Under the pieces are notes generated by a model, which searched no databases, was not told the DNA's origin, and saw nothing but the letters and a program-made list of their open reading frames with translations. 62,397 nt of DNA from Deltaproteobacteria bacterium (GTDB lineage: Bacteria > Desulfobacterota > Syntrophia > Syntrophales > UBA2210). Shown in pieces: positions 50,783-59,891 of the stretch; position 1 is the first letter of the stretch, and every line of letters starts with the position of its first letter. The stretch covers positions 1-62,397 of the forward strand of contig JAFGBH010000047.1 in assembly GCA_016933215.1 (NCBI GenBank), read 5' to 3'. The translations under genes and the position numbers were made by a program.

Positions 50783-51631
50783 GTGGAGGAGTGGAGGTTC
50801 ATACCGTTTGAAAGGTTCTCCGCCTTTGAAAATATGGCCACCGATGAGGCCATACTGAAGGTGGGACAGCAAAGGCAGACCCCCCCCACGCTCAGGTTCT
50901 ACGGATGGACAGAACCTGCCGTGACGATAGGGTATTCCCAGAATCCCCGGCGCGAGATACAGTATGATTTTTGCCGCAAAGGCGGAATCGATATCGTGAG
51001 GCGGCCCACGGGAGGTAAGGCAGTTTTTCACGATGGCGATCTCACCTATTCATTCGTGGCCCATGAGCGTAATCCTCTCTTTTCGACGGATATAATGAAA
51101 AACTACGGCACCATAAGCAGATGTATCGCGAGGGGACTCGAAAAGGCGGGAATTGAGGCAGCTTTAGTGGAGGAGGGGAGAGGAAGCCGCGTAGGCTCTC
51201 TGGATTCTTTCTGTTTCTCACTTCCTCTCCGTAATGAGCTCCTTGTAGGGGGGAAAAAGATATGCGGGAGTGCGCAGTTACGGTCGAGGAGTGTCTTTCT
51301 GCAGCACGGATCCATTCTTCTTGACTTCGATCCCGAGATAACCGCCAGGGTCATGTGGAAAAATGAGGAGAACCTCATGGAGGATATATCCAAACTGAAA
51401 AATTCGGTAACCTGTGTCAATGAACATTCTGAAAACGGAATAGAGACCGACCTTCTTTGCAGGTATATTAAGGAGAGTTTTGAAGAAACGATGAAGGTAC
51501 GACTTCTCGAGTCTTCGCTGACTCCCCGGGAAGAGGTGCTGAAGGAGCGGTTTTTGAGGGACAAGTATTTAAGGCCCGAGTGGAATATGGAAGGAAAGGT
51601 AGAGATACATGGACGTAACACGGATCGTTAA
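50783..51631 (+). CDS. lipoate-protein ligase / octanoyltransferase (LplA/LipM family)
   Basis: NMATDE, RRPTGGKAVFH, KKICGSAQ, QHGS. Confidence 0.9.
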   Translation: MEEWRFIPFERFSAFENMATDEAILKVGQQRQTPPTLRFYGWTEPAVTIGYSQNPRREIQYDFCRKGGIDIVRRPTGGKAVFHDGDLTYSFVAHERNPLFSTDIMKNYGTISRCIARGLEKAGIEAALVEEGRGSRVGSLDSFCFSLPLRNELLVGGKKICGSAQLRSRSVFLQHGSILLDFDPEITARVMWKNEENLMEDISKLKNSVTCVNEHSENGIETDLLCRYIKESFEETMKVRLLESSLTPREEVLKERFLRDKYLRPEWNMEGKVEIHGRNTDR

Positions 51632-52670
51632 GGGTGAGGTACGCGGCCAGGAGGCCTATCAGATCGACGAGAGGGTATGCAGGATCAAGCTCGACGCCAA
51701 CGAGAATCCCTATTCGCTCACGGAAGAGCTCTCTTTTCGTCTTTTCGAGTATCTGAGGACCTTTCCCCTGAACCGATATCCGGCCCCCGGTTCCCCCGAT
51801 CTGAGGCTGAAGTTTGCGGAAAAATTCGGGATTGGCGAGGACATGATTATCATCGGAAACGGATCGGATGAACTGATTCAGATGCTTTTAACGGCCCTCC
51901 CCCCATCGGGGAGCGTCCTCATTCCATCTCCCACCTTTGGCATGTATAAGATATCATCAATTAATACGGGGCATGACGTCATCGAGATACCGCTCGACGA
52001 GAACTTCGACCTGAGAACTGATGAGATCCTTCGTGCCCTAGCGGAGGGGTCTTCCTCGTTGGTTTTTCTGAGCTATCCCAACAATCCCACGGGAAACTGT
52101 TTTGACAGGGAAAAAATTGAGACGATTATAGGGCAAAGTGACGGGATTGTGGTTGTCGATGAGGCCTACTTTCATTTTTCCGGGAGCACCTTTCTCCCCC
52201 TCCTTGAGAGGTTTGATAATCTCGTAATTTTGAGGACACTTTCAAAGGTGGGACTTGCGGCCCTCAGGATAGGCATACTCGTGGGGCACCCTTCCCTCAT
52301 TCATGAGTTGAACAAGGTACGACTTCCCTATAATCTCAATACACTCTCCCAGGCAGCGGCGCATTTTTTTATCGAACACGAAGATGAATTCCTGGCGCAG
52401 ACTAAAAAGATAGTGGCAGGGAGGGACGAAGTCTTTCGTGAATTAGCGTCCATAGAGGGGATTACACCCTATCCGACGGATTCAAATTTTATCCTTTTTA
52501 GTTGTCTTAGGGATAAAGATGGTGTATACGAGAGGCTCATAGAAGAAGATGTACTGATAAAGAATTTTGGATCTTCCGGTATCCTGAGGGACTGTATGAG
52601 GGTTACGCTGGGTACCGATGATGAAAACGATCAGTTTTTAAGGGCACTGAGAAAGGCTGTCCTGCAGTAA
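51609..52670 (+). CDS. hisC: histidinol-phosphate aminotransferase
   Basis: LDANENP, GNGSDE, PNNPTG, DEAY, RTLSK. Confidence 0.93.
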   Translation: MDVTRIVKGEVRGQEAYQIDERVCRIKLDANENPYSLTEELSFRLFEYLRTFPLNRYPAPGSPDLRLKFAEKFGIGEDMIIIGNGSDELIQMLLTALPPSGSVLIPSPTFGMYKISSINTGHDVIEIPLDENFDLRTDEILRALAEGSSSLVFLSYPNNPTGNCFDREKIETIIGQSDGIVVVDEAYFHFSGSTFLPLLERFDNLVILRTLSKVGLAALRIGILVGHPSLIHELNKVRLPYNLNTLSQAAAHFFIEHEDEFLAQTKKIVAGRDEVFRELASIEGITPYPTDSNFILFSCLRDKDGVYERLIEEDVLIKNFGSSGILRDCMRVTLGTDDENDQFLRALRKAVLQ

Positions 52671-52699
52671 GGAGAGTGATACAACTACGTGGTAAAGTA

Positions 52700-52751
52700 G
52701 GGGTGGGTGACGTCGTATCGCATACGAGGCGTCGCGCTGCCCTTTTTTTTT
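52700..52751 (+). terminator. terminator-like hairpin after hisC
   Basis: GC-rich imperfect stem (TCGTAT/ATACGA core) followed by T9. Confidence 0.55.
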
Positions 52752-52768
52752 GCATTTTGGGTTTAGCG

Positions 52769-52886
52769 TTGAACTGAGAAGCGAGCGCATTCCCCGCTTT
52801 ATGCGGCGGGGTTAGCGAGCGAATACAAAATAAATATTTTCCATAACAGTCGGAGATTCCCCGCAACAGGTTGCGGGGAGCTTCAA
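52769..52886 (+). mobile_element. family A twin-hairpin element, copy 2
   Basis: TTGAACTGAGAAGCGAGCGCATTCCCCG...CCCCGCAACAGGTTGCGGGGAGCTTCAA, 118 bp. Confidence 0.7.
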
Positions 52887-52923
52887 AATACAAAGCGTAA
52901 CATAAAGGAAAGGAAGGATTATT

Positions 52924-53121
52924 TTGGAAGTCAAGGTATTGGACAACGATGTGGAAAGGGCATTAAAGATCCTGAAGAACAAACTTTCTAAGAATGGTTT
53001 CTTCAAGGAGTTGAAACTGCGCAGGGCCTATGAGAAACCCTCGGTGAAGAGGAAGAGGAAGGCCCTGGAGGCGAGGCGACGGTTGGCCAAGGCGGCGAGA
53101 AGACGCAGGTGGTCGCGGTAA
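52924..53121 (+). CDS. rpsU: 30S ribosomal protein S21
   Basis: ALKILK, YEKPS; TTG start after AAGGA. Confidence 0.93.
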   Translation: MEVKVLDNDVERALKILKNKLSKNGFFKELKLRRAYEKPSVKRKRKALEARRRLAKAARRRRWSR

Positions 53122-53167
53122 TAATGCCTTTGTAAGGCGTCAAAAGCAGTGCCCGGGAGAGACGGTA

Positions 53168-53821
53168 ATGGAAGAGAAGCAATATCTCGTTGATGCACTC
53201 TCTATCGATGAGTCGTGGCGAATATTCCGTATAATGGCCGAGTTTGTCGAGGCCGTCGAGGAATTGTCTCATATCGGCCATGCGGTGAGTATATTTGGTT
53301 CGGCACGGGTAGCCCCTGGCGATGAATATTACGAAAGGACGGTAGAGCTGGCGCGGCTCCTTGCCAAGGAAGGATTTGGTGTCATTACCGGAGGGGGCCC
53401 GGGGATTATGGAGGCGGCAAACAAGGGTGCCAGCGAGGGGGGAGGAAAATCGGTGGGGATGAATATCCGTCTCCCCTTCGAGCAGAAGCCGAACCCCTAT
53501 GCCAATATAAGCATAGATTATAAGTACTTTTTTATCAGAAAAGTCATGTTTGTCAAATATGCCATGGCCTATGTGATTCTTCCCGGTGGTTTCGGCACCA
53601 TGGACGAGCTCTTTGAGGCCCTTACCCTGATTCAGACGAAGAGAATCAAGAGCTTCCCCGTAATCCTCATGGGTGGGGGGTACTGGAAGGGGCTCCTTCA
53701 ATGGCTCAAAGAAACCATGCTGAAGGAAGGCAAGATATCCGAAGAAGACCTCGACATCGTCAGGGTTATTGATGACCCCGGTGAGATAGTGAGGCATATA
53801 AATAAATTTGTGATCCTCTAA
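53168..53821 (+). CDS. LOG family nucleotide phosphoribohydrolase (TIGR00730-like)
   Basis: TGGGPGIMEAANKG, PGGFGTMDE. Confidence 0.9.
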   Translation: MEEKQYLVDALSIDESWRIFRIMAEFVEAVEELSHIGHAVSIFGSARVAPGDEYYERTVELARLLAKEGFGVITGGGPGIMEAANKGASEGGGKSVGMNIRLPFEQKPNPYANISIDYKYFFIRKVMFVKYAMAYVILPGGFGTMDELFEALTLIQTKRIKSFPVILMGGGYWKGLLQWLKETMLKEGKISEEDLDIVRVIDDPGEIVRHINKFVIL

Positions 53822-53896
53822 CCGTTCCGTTTTCATTCCATAGAGATTTTTCATAATAAACGCTCCCTGAGGGGATGCTATTTCATAAGGTGGCAT

Positions 53897-55252
53897 ATGA
53901 GGGGGAAGCTGGATGGCGCTCTCAAAGACATAGAGAAGGGCACAATCGCCCCCTGTGACCTCCTCTGGGGTGACGAGAACTATCTCGTCGAGAAGACCCT
54001 GGGCGGCATTGTCGACCATATGCTTCCCCCTGCTGAAAGAGATCTCAGTCTCTTTCAGATGGAAGGCGATAGCACTGATATGGATACCATTGTCGAAGCG
54101 GTGCTGACTCCTTCTCTCATGCCGGGCAGAAAGGTGGTGGTTGTAAAAAATACCCGCCTTTTCTATAGCACGTCATCCTCTGCAGACATAGCAGGTGATA
54201 TGCTCCGGAATCTCGAGAGAGATGTTACGATGGCTGCACGGGCCTTTGCCGTCTTTCTGGGAATGGTGGGCTGGACGCTGGAAGACCTTCAGGATGAGGA
54301 ATGGAAGAAGATTCCAGAGGGTGCGTGGCAGGAAGCGGTGGGGGCAGAGGCGGCGAGGGAGAGAGAAAAATGGCTTCCCCGGTTGCTCGCGGAATGTAAG
54401 AGCCTCGGGATAAAAGAGAAGCGATACGACAAGGATACGGGTCCCGTTGAGGAGGTCCTGAAAGGGGGACTCCCTGAAGGAAATTGCCTTATACTGACCG
54501 CCGATACGGTCGATAAGAGAAAGAAATTGTACAAAACCATCTCGGAGATTGGAATTATTCTCCACTTTCCCTCGGCAAAAAAAGAAGCGGAAAAGAAAGG
54601 TCTCCTCTCGGAAGCGGCACGGGACATCCTCTCCGAGAGGGGAAAGAGCGTTTCCCCCGGTGCCCTCTCCGCGCTCGCGAAAAAGACGGGCTTTGACATT
54701 CAGGCCTCAATGGAAGAACTTGAAAAACTGATAACCTACGCGGGGGACAGGGGAGTCATCGACGAGAATGACATAAAGGCCCTCACAGGGAGGAAAAAAG
54801 AGGACTCCGTCTTCGAGCTCACGTCGGCTGTTGTTGAAAGGGACCTTGAAAAGGCCCTTCTGATCCTTCACAATCTTCTCGATCAGGGCGTGCACCATCT
54901 CATGATACTGACCATGATAGTAAGGGAAATACGGTTTCTTCTGCAGGGTAAGATTATCCTCAAATCTGAGGTGATTTCATCCTTCCGCCCGGGTATGGAT
55001 TACAGAAAATTTCAGGACAGTCTCTATCCCTCAATAAAGGCCCTGGGAGAATCGCGGGGCACAAAAAAAGGATGGCTTTTCGGCCAGCATCCCTATGTGA
55101 TCTATAATGCCCTGAGAAATTCCGGGCGCTTTTCCTATGATGAGCTTGTGGGATATATGAACCGCCTCGTCGACGTTGATCTTGCCCTTAAAACGACGGG
55201 CATGAAACCGAGGATTGTCCTTGAACATCTTTTAATGGATATATGCAGATAA
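53897..55252 (+). CDS. holA: DNA polymerase III delta subunit
   Basis: LLWGDE, VDKRKKLYK, ELEKL, D.ALK; contains a central insertion. Confidence 0.82.
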   Translation: MRGKLDGALKDIEKGTIAPCDLLWGDENYLVEKTLGGIVDHMLPPAERDLSLFQMEGDSTDMDTIVEAVLTPSLMPGRKVVVVKNTRLFYSTSSSADIAGDMLRNLERDVTMAARAFAVFLGMVGWTLEDLQDEEWKKIPEGAWQEAVGAEAAREREKWLPRLLAECKSLGIKEKRYDKDTGPVEEVLKGGLPEGNCLILTADTVDKRKKLYKTISEIGIILHFPSAKKEAEKKGLLSEAARDILSERGKSVSPGALSALAKKTGFDIQASMEELEKLITYAGDRGVIDENDIKALTGRKKEDSVFELTSAVVERDLEKALLILHNLLDQGVHHLMILTMIVREIRFLLQGKIILKSEVISSFRPGMDYRKFQDSLYPSIKALGESRGTKKGWLFGQHPYVIYNALRNSGRFSYDELVGYMNRLVDVDLALKTTGMKPRIVLEHLLMDICR

Positions 55253-55267
55253 AAGGCTGGTGCAGTC

Positions 55268-55798
55268 CTATAATTTCCTCCGCCTTCTCTCGGTAAGCCT
55301 TTCTTTCTTGGAGAGCCTTCGTGCGGGGCCTTTTTTACCGCCCCTTTTCAGGTCCTCATCGTCGTCTTCATCGGGAGAAAACCCCTTTTCGCTGAGGAGA
55401 GCCGCTTCTCCTTCCAGTACCATTCTGGTCTCGAATTCCGGCGATGTTATGGCAACGCCCCCCGATCGTCCCACAGCCTCGGCAATTTCCCTGTCCGAGG
55501 TCACAACCACCAGCTCCTCACCGCTTCTCTTCCTGGCTATCCTCTTTATGACCTCATCGGCCTTTTCTCCCCTTCTGGAGTAGATTATGTGAACACCTGC
55601 CTCTTGTAGCCTCTCCTCACGAAGGGGGCCGCCGATCCAACCGTCAAAGACGACGGTTATCCTGTGCCCTTTTATTTTTCTGTAGGGTGCGAGTCTCTGT
55701 ATGAGTTCTTCCCGCCCTTTCTCAAGGCCAAGTCTCTCGAAACGCCTGAGGGAATCCGACTGCCGGATGAGGTTGTAACCATCGATGATAATGTGCAT
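55268..55798 (-). CDS. NYN domain (YacP-like) RNase
   Basis: IIDGYN, VVFDG, ADEVI, VVTSD. Confidence 0.88.
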   Translation of the reverse strand: MHIIIDGYNLIRQSDSLRRFERLGLEKGREELIQRLAPYRKIKGHRITVVFDGWIGGPLREERLQEAGVHIIYSRRGEKADEVIKRIARKRSGEELVVVTSDREIAEAVGRSGGVAITSPEFETRMVLEGEAALLSEKGFSPDEDDDEDLKRGGKKGPARRLSKKERLTERRRRKL

Positions 55799-55854
55799 GA
55801 TTCCCCCGAAGGTACAATTATTTCCACGAAGTTTTTATAAAGAATAGAAGGAGG

Positions 55855-56514
55855 CTATTGATCGCCCAGGATGCGTCTCATTTCCCTGATGGTATGGCCG
55901 TAGTCGTTACTCCGAAAAATCGAGGAGCCGGCCACAAGGATATCGGCCCCCGCATCACGTATCGTGGCAATATTCTCAAGTGTGACACCGCCGTCGACCT
56001 CGAGGAGCACGTGGGGCGCCTCTTTGTCGATGAGGGCGCGGGCGCGTTCAATCTTCCGAAGCGTATTCTCGATAAACGTCTGGCCGCCGAACCCTGGATT
56101 CACCGACATGATGAGGAGGAGATCGATATCGCCAATGATCTCCTCTATCTGGTCAAGGGGTGTTGCCGGATTCAGCGAAACCCCTGCTTTTACTCCCCGT
56201 TCCTTGATTGAATGTACCGTCCGGTGGAGGTGGCGCTCCGCTTCAACATGAACGGTAATGAAGTCGCTTCCTGCATCGGCGTATTCTCCGATATACCTGC
56301 CGGGGGTCTCTATCATCAGATGGACATCAAAGGGAATATCCGTTGTCTTCCTGATTGAGGCGATGACCGGAGGTCCGAAGGTGAGATTGGGGACAAACTT
56401 ACCGTCCATTACATCGACGTGAATGAGATCGGCACCGGCGGCCTCGACGGCATGTATCTCACCGGCGAGGTTGCCGAAATCCGCTGACAGTATGGAGGGG
56501 GCAATTTTCGTCAT
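55855..56514 (-). CDS. rpe: ribulose-phosphate 3-epimerase
   Basis: APSILSAD, HVDVMDG, DVHLM, VDGG. Confidence 0.97.
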   Translation of the reverse strand: MTKIAPSILSADFGNLAGEIHAVEAAGADLIHVDVMDGKFVPNLTFGPPVIASIRKTTDIPFDVHLMIETPGRYIGEYADAGSDFITVHVEAERHLHRTVHSIKERGVKAGVSLNPATPLDQIEEIIGDIDLLLIMSVNPGFGGQTFIENTLRKIERARALIDKEAPHVLLEVDGGVTLENIATIRDAGADILVAGSSIFRSNDYGHTIREMRRILGDQ

Positions 56515-56515
56515 A

Positions 56516-57256
56516 TTAGAACTTCATCACGAGCATGTGACTCTTTCCCGTATCGGTTTCTCTGATGGTAAGACGGAGCTCGGCGGCGCTCTTCGCCTCT
56601 CCGGGGAAAAATATAAATCCGTGGGCGATGTCGTGAGCAGGAATCGGCTTTCGTTCCAGGGTCCTGTTCTGCAGGTCCCCGCCTATCTTGTTTTGCACAT
56701 CCTCGTCGGAGATCCCCTTTGCACCTCCTATAAGAACTCCCGCCGCGGAACCCATGACGGCACCCTTTCCCGCGGCCTCACCCACATTTTCCCCCGTAAC
56801 GATTCCTATGGCGGCACCCACAATGGCCCCCGCCGCGCCTCCGATGAGTCCCGGTTTGATCGATTCGGGAACGGCCTCTCCGTATTCCGTCTTTTTCGAT
56901 ATGCGGTCATAGGCGAGATCCGAATCGAGGATGGGCCACAGGTTGTCGTCGGAATCGACGAGATAGGTCTTCTCGGGAAGTATCTCCAGGGGATGGTCTC
57001 CCTGATTGTCAAAGATTACCTGTACCGGTAAAACACCTGCGCTTACGATATCGAAACCGAAGGCGGACTTTGCCTCGCTTCGGTCGGCGAAGGCCTGTGC
57101 CGCTATATGTGCACCGGCAATCCAGGTTGCATTGGGAAGCGATTGCGGCATCTTGAAGGGCACGACTTTTCTCTCATATCGCGTGCAGCCGAGAAGGATG
57201 ACAAATAACATGGAAAACACTGCTATCACAGTGCAGCTTCGATGTGACAGGTTCAT
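56516..57256 (-). CDS. lipoprotein with glycine zipper
   Basis: lipobox LLGC; GGAAGAIVGAAIG...GSAAGVLIGG. Confidence 0.75.
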   Translation of the reverse strand: MNLSHRSCTVIAVFSMLFVILLGCTRYERKVVPFKMPQSLPNATWIAGAHIAAQAFADRSEAKSAFGFDIVSAGVLPVQVIFDNQGDHPLEILPEKTYLVDSDDNLWPILDSDLAYDRISKKTEYGEAVPESIKPGLIGGAAGAIVGAAIGIVTGENVGEAAGKGAVMGSAAGVLIGGAKGISDEDVQNKIGGDLQNRTLERKPIPAHDIAHGFIFFPGEAKSAAELRLTIRETDTGKSHMLVMKF

Positions 57257-57435
57257 TTCTTCTACCCTTCCTTTTTTTTGCAAATTCTATAGGATGTGAA
57301 AGGACGTGTCAATGATTAAAGCCGCACCCGGCACGGGAAACCCCTTCGCTCATCCGGTCGCACTTTTTCCCGTGGTGTCTGACCTCCCTCTTCCGACACG
57401 GTACGGCCGGTCATTACTCTACCGCCCAGTGCATA

Positions 57436-57484
57436 TGAAGCTCCCCGCCCACAGGGTGGAGCTTGCGGGTGCGCCCCCGGTCAA
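57436..57484 (-). mobile_element. family B palindromic element, copy 2
   Basis: reverse complement TTGACCGGGGGCGCACCCGCAAGCTCCACCCTGTGGGCGGGGAGCTTCA matches 39774-39822. Confidence 0.65.
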
Positions 57485-57491
57485 CAGTGAG

Positions 57492-57575
57492 ATGAACTGA
57501 GAAGCGAGCGAATACAAAATAAACAGTTTCCTTACCGGTCATACTTTCCCCGCACAGCGTTGCGGCGAACGTCAA
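57492..57575 (+). mobile_element. family A element, copy 3 (first hairpin deleted)
   Basis: TGAACTGAGAAGCGAGCGAATACAAAATAAAC...TTCCCCGCA..TTGCGGCGAACGTCAA. Confidence 0.65.
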
Positions 57576-57581
57576 TCGTGC

Positions 57582-57610
57582 TTGACAGCGATGCAAAAGA
57601 GCATTATGTT
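57582..57610 (+). promoter_or_regulatory. sigma70-like promoter for waaA
   Basis: TTGACA-17 nt-TATGTT, ending 9 nt before the ATG. Confidence 0.5.
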
Positions 57611-57619
57611 CCTTCTCCT

Positions 57620-58951
57620 ATGTATACCTTTTTATACAACATACTCCTCGCTTTCGCGGCCACCTTCCTTCTTCCCTATTATGGGGCAAAGATTGTGGTG
57701 ACGGGAAAGTATAGAAAGAGCATAGGACCGAAGTTCGGCTTTGCTGCGCCTCAGGAGGGAGAGGACATGAAGGGCATCCCCCGGATATGGGTCCACGCCG
57801 TCTCGGTGGGGGAAGTGACCGCCGCCGCCCCCATAGTCGCCGCACTCAGGGAGCGCTTTCCCCTGGCAGCCATCGTCCTTTCCACGAGCACCGAGACGGG
57901 TCAGGAAATGGCGCGAAAGACTATCAAGGGGGCAACGGCCTTCATCTACTTTCCCCTCGATATCCCCTTTGTGATACGAAGGGTCCTGAATCGTGTAAGA
58001 CCCGATATCGTTATTCCCGTCGAAACGGAGGTCTGGCCGAACTTTATCCGCCTCTGCGGTGAGAGGGGGGTGAAGGTCATGATGGTGAACGGAAGGCTCT
58101 CTCCCCGATCATTCAGGAGGTACAGGAAGACCAGGTTTTTTTGGAAAGAGACCCTCCGCAGGATTGACGAAATAGGGGCGATCTCCGAGACCGATGCGGG
58201 GCGTTTCAGGGCCCTCGGGGCTGATCCTGCGAGGGTTCGTATCATGGGTAATGCAAAGTATGACAGCCTCGCGGCCCGGGCGGAACCGGCCCTTCGTGAC
58301 GAGATTGCGGGAAAGCTGAATATTCCTTCCGGTGCACAAGCTTTCGTCGCGGGAAGCACCCACGAGGGGGAGGAGCGTATCGTCCTTTCCGTCTGGCGAC
58401 GGCTTCTCGTGGCATACCCCGATCTTTTGCTGATCCTGGTCCCCCGGCATGTCGAGCGGGGGGGGGAAGTCCTCCGAATTCTTCGAGAAGAGGGTTTCAG
58501 CGATTGTATCGCGATGTCGGAGATCGTGCAGGGAAAGAGGCGAGGAGACGAAAGAATCGTCGTCGTTGACATAATCGGTGAGCTCTTCAGGGTCTACTCG
58601 CTCGCAACCGTCGTCTATTGCGGCGGGAGTCTGGTCCCAAAGGGGGGGCAGAATATTCTGGAGCCCGCTTCCTGGGGCAAGGTGGTCTTGTACGGCCCTT
58701 CCATGGAAGACTTTGTCGATGAAAAGGAGTCTCTGGAAGCGGCTGGTGCCGGGATTCAGGTGGCCGGCGAGGAAGAACTTTTCGAGGGCATACAACCCCT
58801 CATGAAAGATCCTCGATCCCGAGAGGCGAGAGGCGAGGCAGGGAAGGCGGTCGTTGCCTCGAACCGGGGGGCCTCGGGGCGCTATGCCGAAATGGTTGCC
58901 GATGCCTTGACGGGGAAAACAAGCGAGAGAAAACGCGATAACCGTTTATAA
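57620..58951 (+). CDS. waaA: 3-deoxy-D-manno-octulosonic acid transferase
   Basis: IWVHAVSVGE, ETEVWPN, AGSTH, PRH, GGQNILEP. Confidence 0.95.
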   Translation: MYTFLYNILLAFAATFLLPYYGAKIVVTGKYRKSIGPKFGFAAPQEGEDMKGIPRIWVHAVSVGEVTAAAPIVAALRERFPLAAIVLSTSTETGQEMARKTIKGATAFIYFPLDIPFVIRRVLNRVRPDIVIPVETEVWPNFIRLCGERGVKVMMVNGRLSPRSFRRYRKTRFFWKETLRRIDEIGAISETDAGRFRALGADPARVRIMGNAKYDSLAARAEPALRDEIAGKLNIPSGAQAFVAGSTHEGEERIVLSVWRRLLVAYPDLLLILVPRHVERGGEVLRILREEGFSDCIAMSEIVQGKRRGDERIVVVDIIGELFRVYSLATVVYCGGSLVPKGGQNILEPASWGKVVLYGPSMEDFVDEKESLEAAGAGIQVAGEEELFEGIQPLMKDPRSREARGEAGKAVVASNRGASGRYAEMVADALTGKTSERKRDNRL

Positions 58952-58989
58952 CAACGGTTTTTTGGGCTTTCCTGCGAGAAGATAACGGC

Positions 58990-59886
58990 CTATTCCGCCC
59001 GTTTCATATACTCATTCCACCGGCTGTCCACCCATGACTGGAGCTGGTTGAGCTGCTCGATGCTCATCTTCCTGAATCTCCCCTGACGCTCCACATACTG
59101 AACAACGGGGAGCCGTTTGCCCTTCTTTGCCAGGGTCTCGCTCCTCCCCGTAAAGCGGAATTTTCCGTCTTCGATCTCGCACAATACAAAGATACCAGTT
59201 TCCACCGCCAGTTTTCCCACCCGTACCGTATCCTTTGCCGGATAGGCCCAGCCAGGGGGGCAGGGTATGTCGATATGGATATATCTCGTACCCTTAATCC
59301 TCTTTGCCTTTACGAATTTATCATAGAGATCGGCGGGATAGGCAGGAGAGACGGTGGCAAGATAGGGGAGGTCATGGGCCTCCATGATCTTTAGCATATC
59401 CTTCTTCTTCTCCCGCTTTGTCAGGATCGGTGTCGTTGTTGTCAGGGCACCCATCGGAGTCGCGCCGGAGCGTTGCGTGCCCGTGTTCATATAGGCCTCA
59501 TTGTCATAGCAGGCGAATATGAAGTTGGTATTCCTCTCGGCGGCGCCGCTTAAGGACTGGATCCCCATATCGTAGGTGCCTCCGTCGCCGGTGAGAGCGA
59601 GGACGGTGATTTCTGTTTTGTTAAGGGCATTCAGGGCGGCAACGATGCCCGAGGCGGAAGCGGCATTGCCGGCAAAGGTGGCGTTAATAGCCGGTACCGT
59701 GACGGAGGTGGTCGGATACAGTCCGTGAAGCACGCAGAGGCAGCTTGGAGGTATTGCCACAATGGTATTTTCCCTGAGCGCCTTTAATATGTAGCGATAG
59801 GCGAGCGATAGTCCACATCCCTGGCATGCCCTGCTTCCGGGAAGTATGTATTCCTTGTCATTGATCTTGAATATGTTTTCCTGCAT
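58990..59886 (-). CDS. 2-oxoacid:ferredoxin oxidoreductase beta subunit (TPP-binding)
   Basis: ACQGCG, GDGGTYD...DNEAYMNTG, PCPPGW. Confidence 0.92.
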   Translation of the reverse strand: MQENIFKINDKEYILPGSRACQGCGLSLAYRYILKALRENTIVAIPPSCLCVLHGLYPTTSVTVPAINATFAGNAASASGIVAALNALNKTEITVLALTGDGGTYDMGIQSLSGAAERNTNFIFACYDNEAYMNTGTQRSGATPMGALTTTTPILTKREKKKDMLKIMEAHDLPYLATVSPAYPADLYDKFVKAKRIKGTRYIHIDIPCPPGWAYPAKDTVRVGKLAVETGIFVLCEIEDGKFRFTGRSETLAKKGKRLPVVQYVERQGRFRKMSIEQLNQLQSWVDSRWNEYMKRAE

Positions 59887-59891
59887 CAGCG

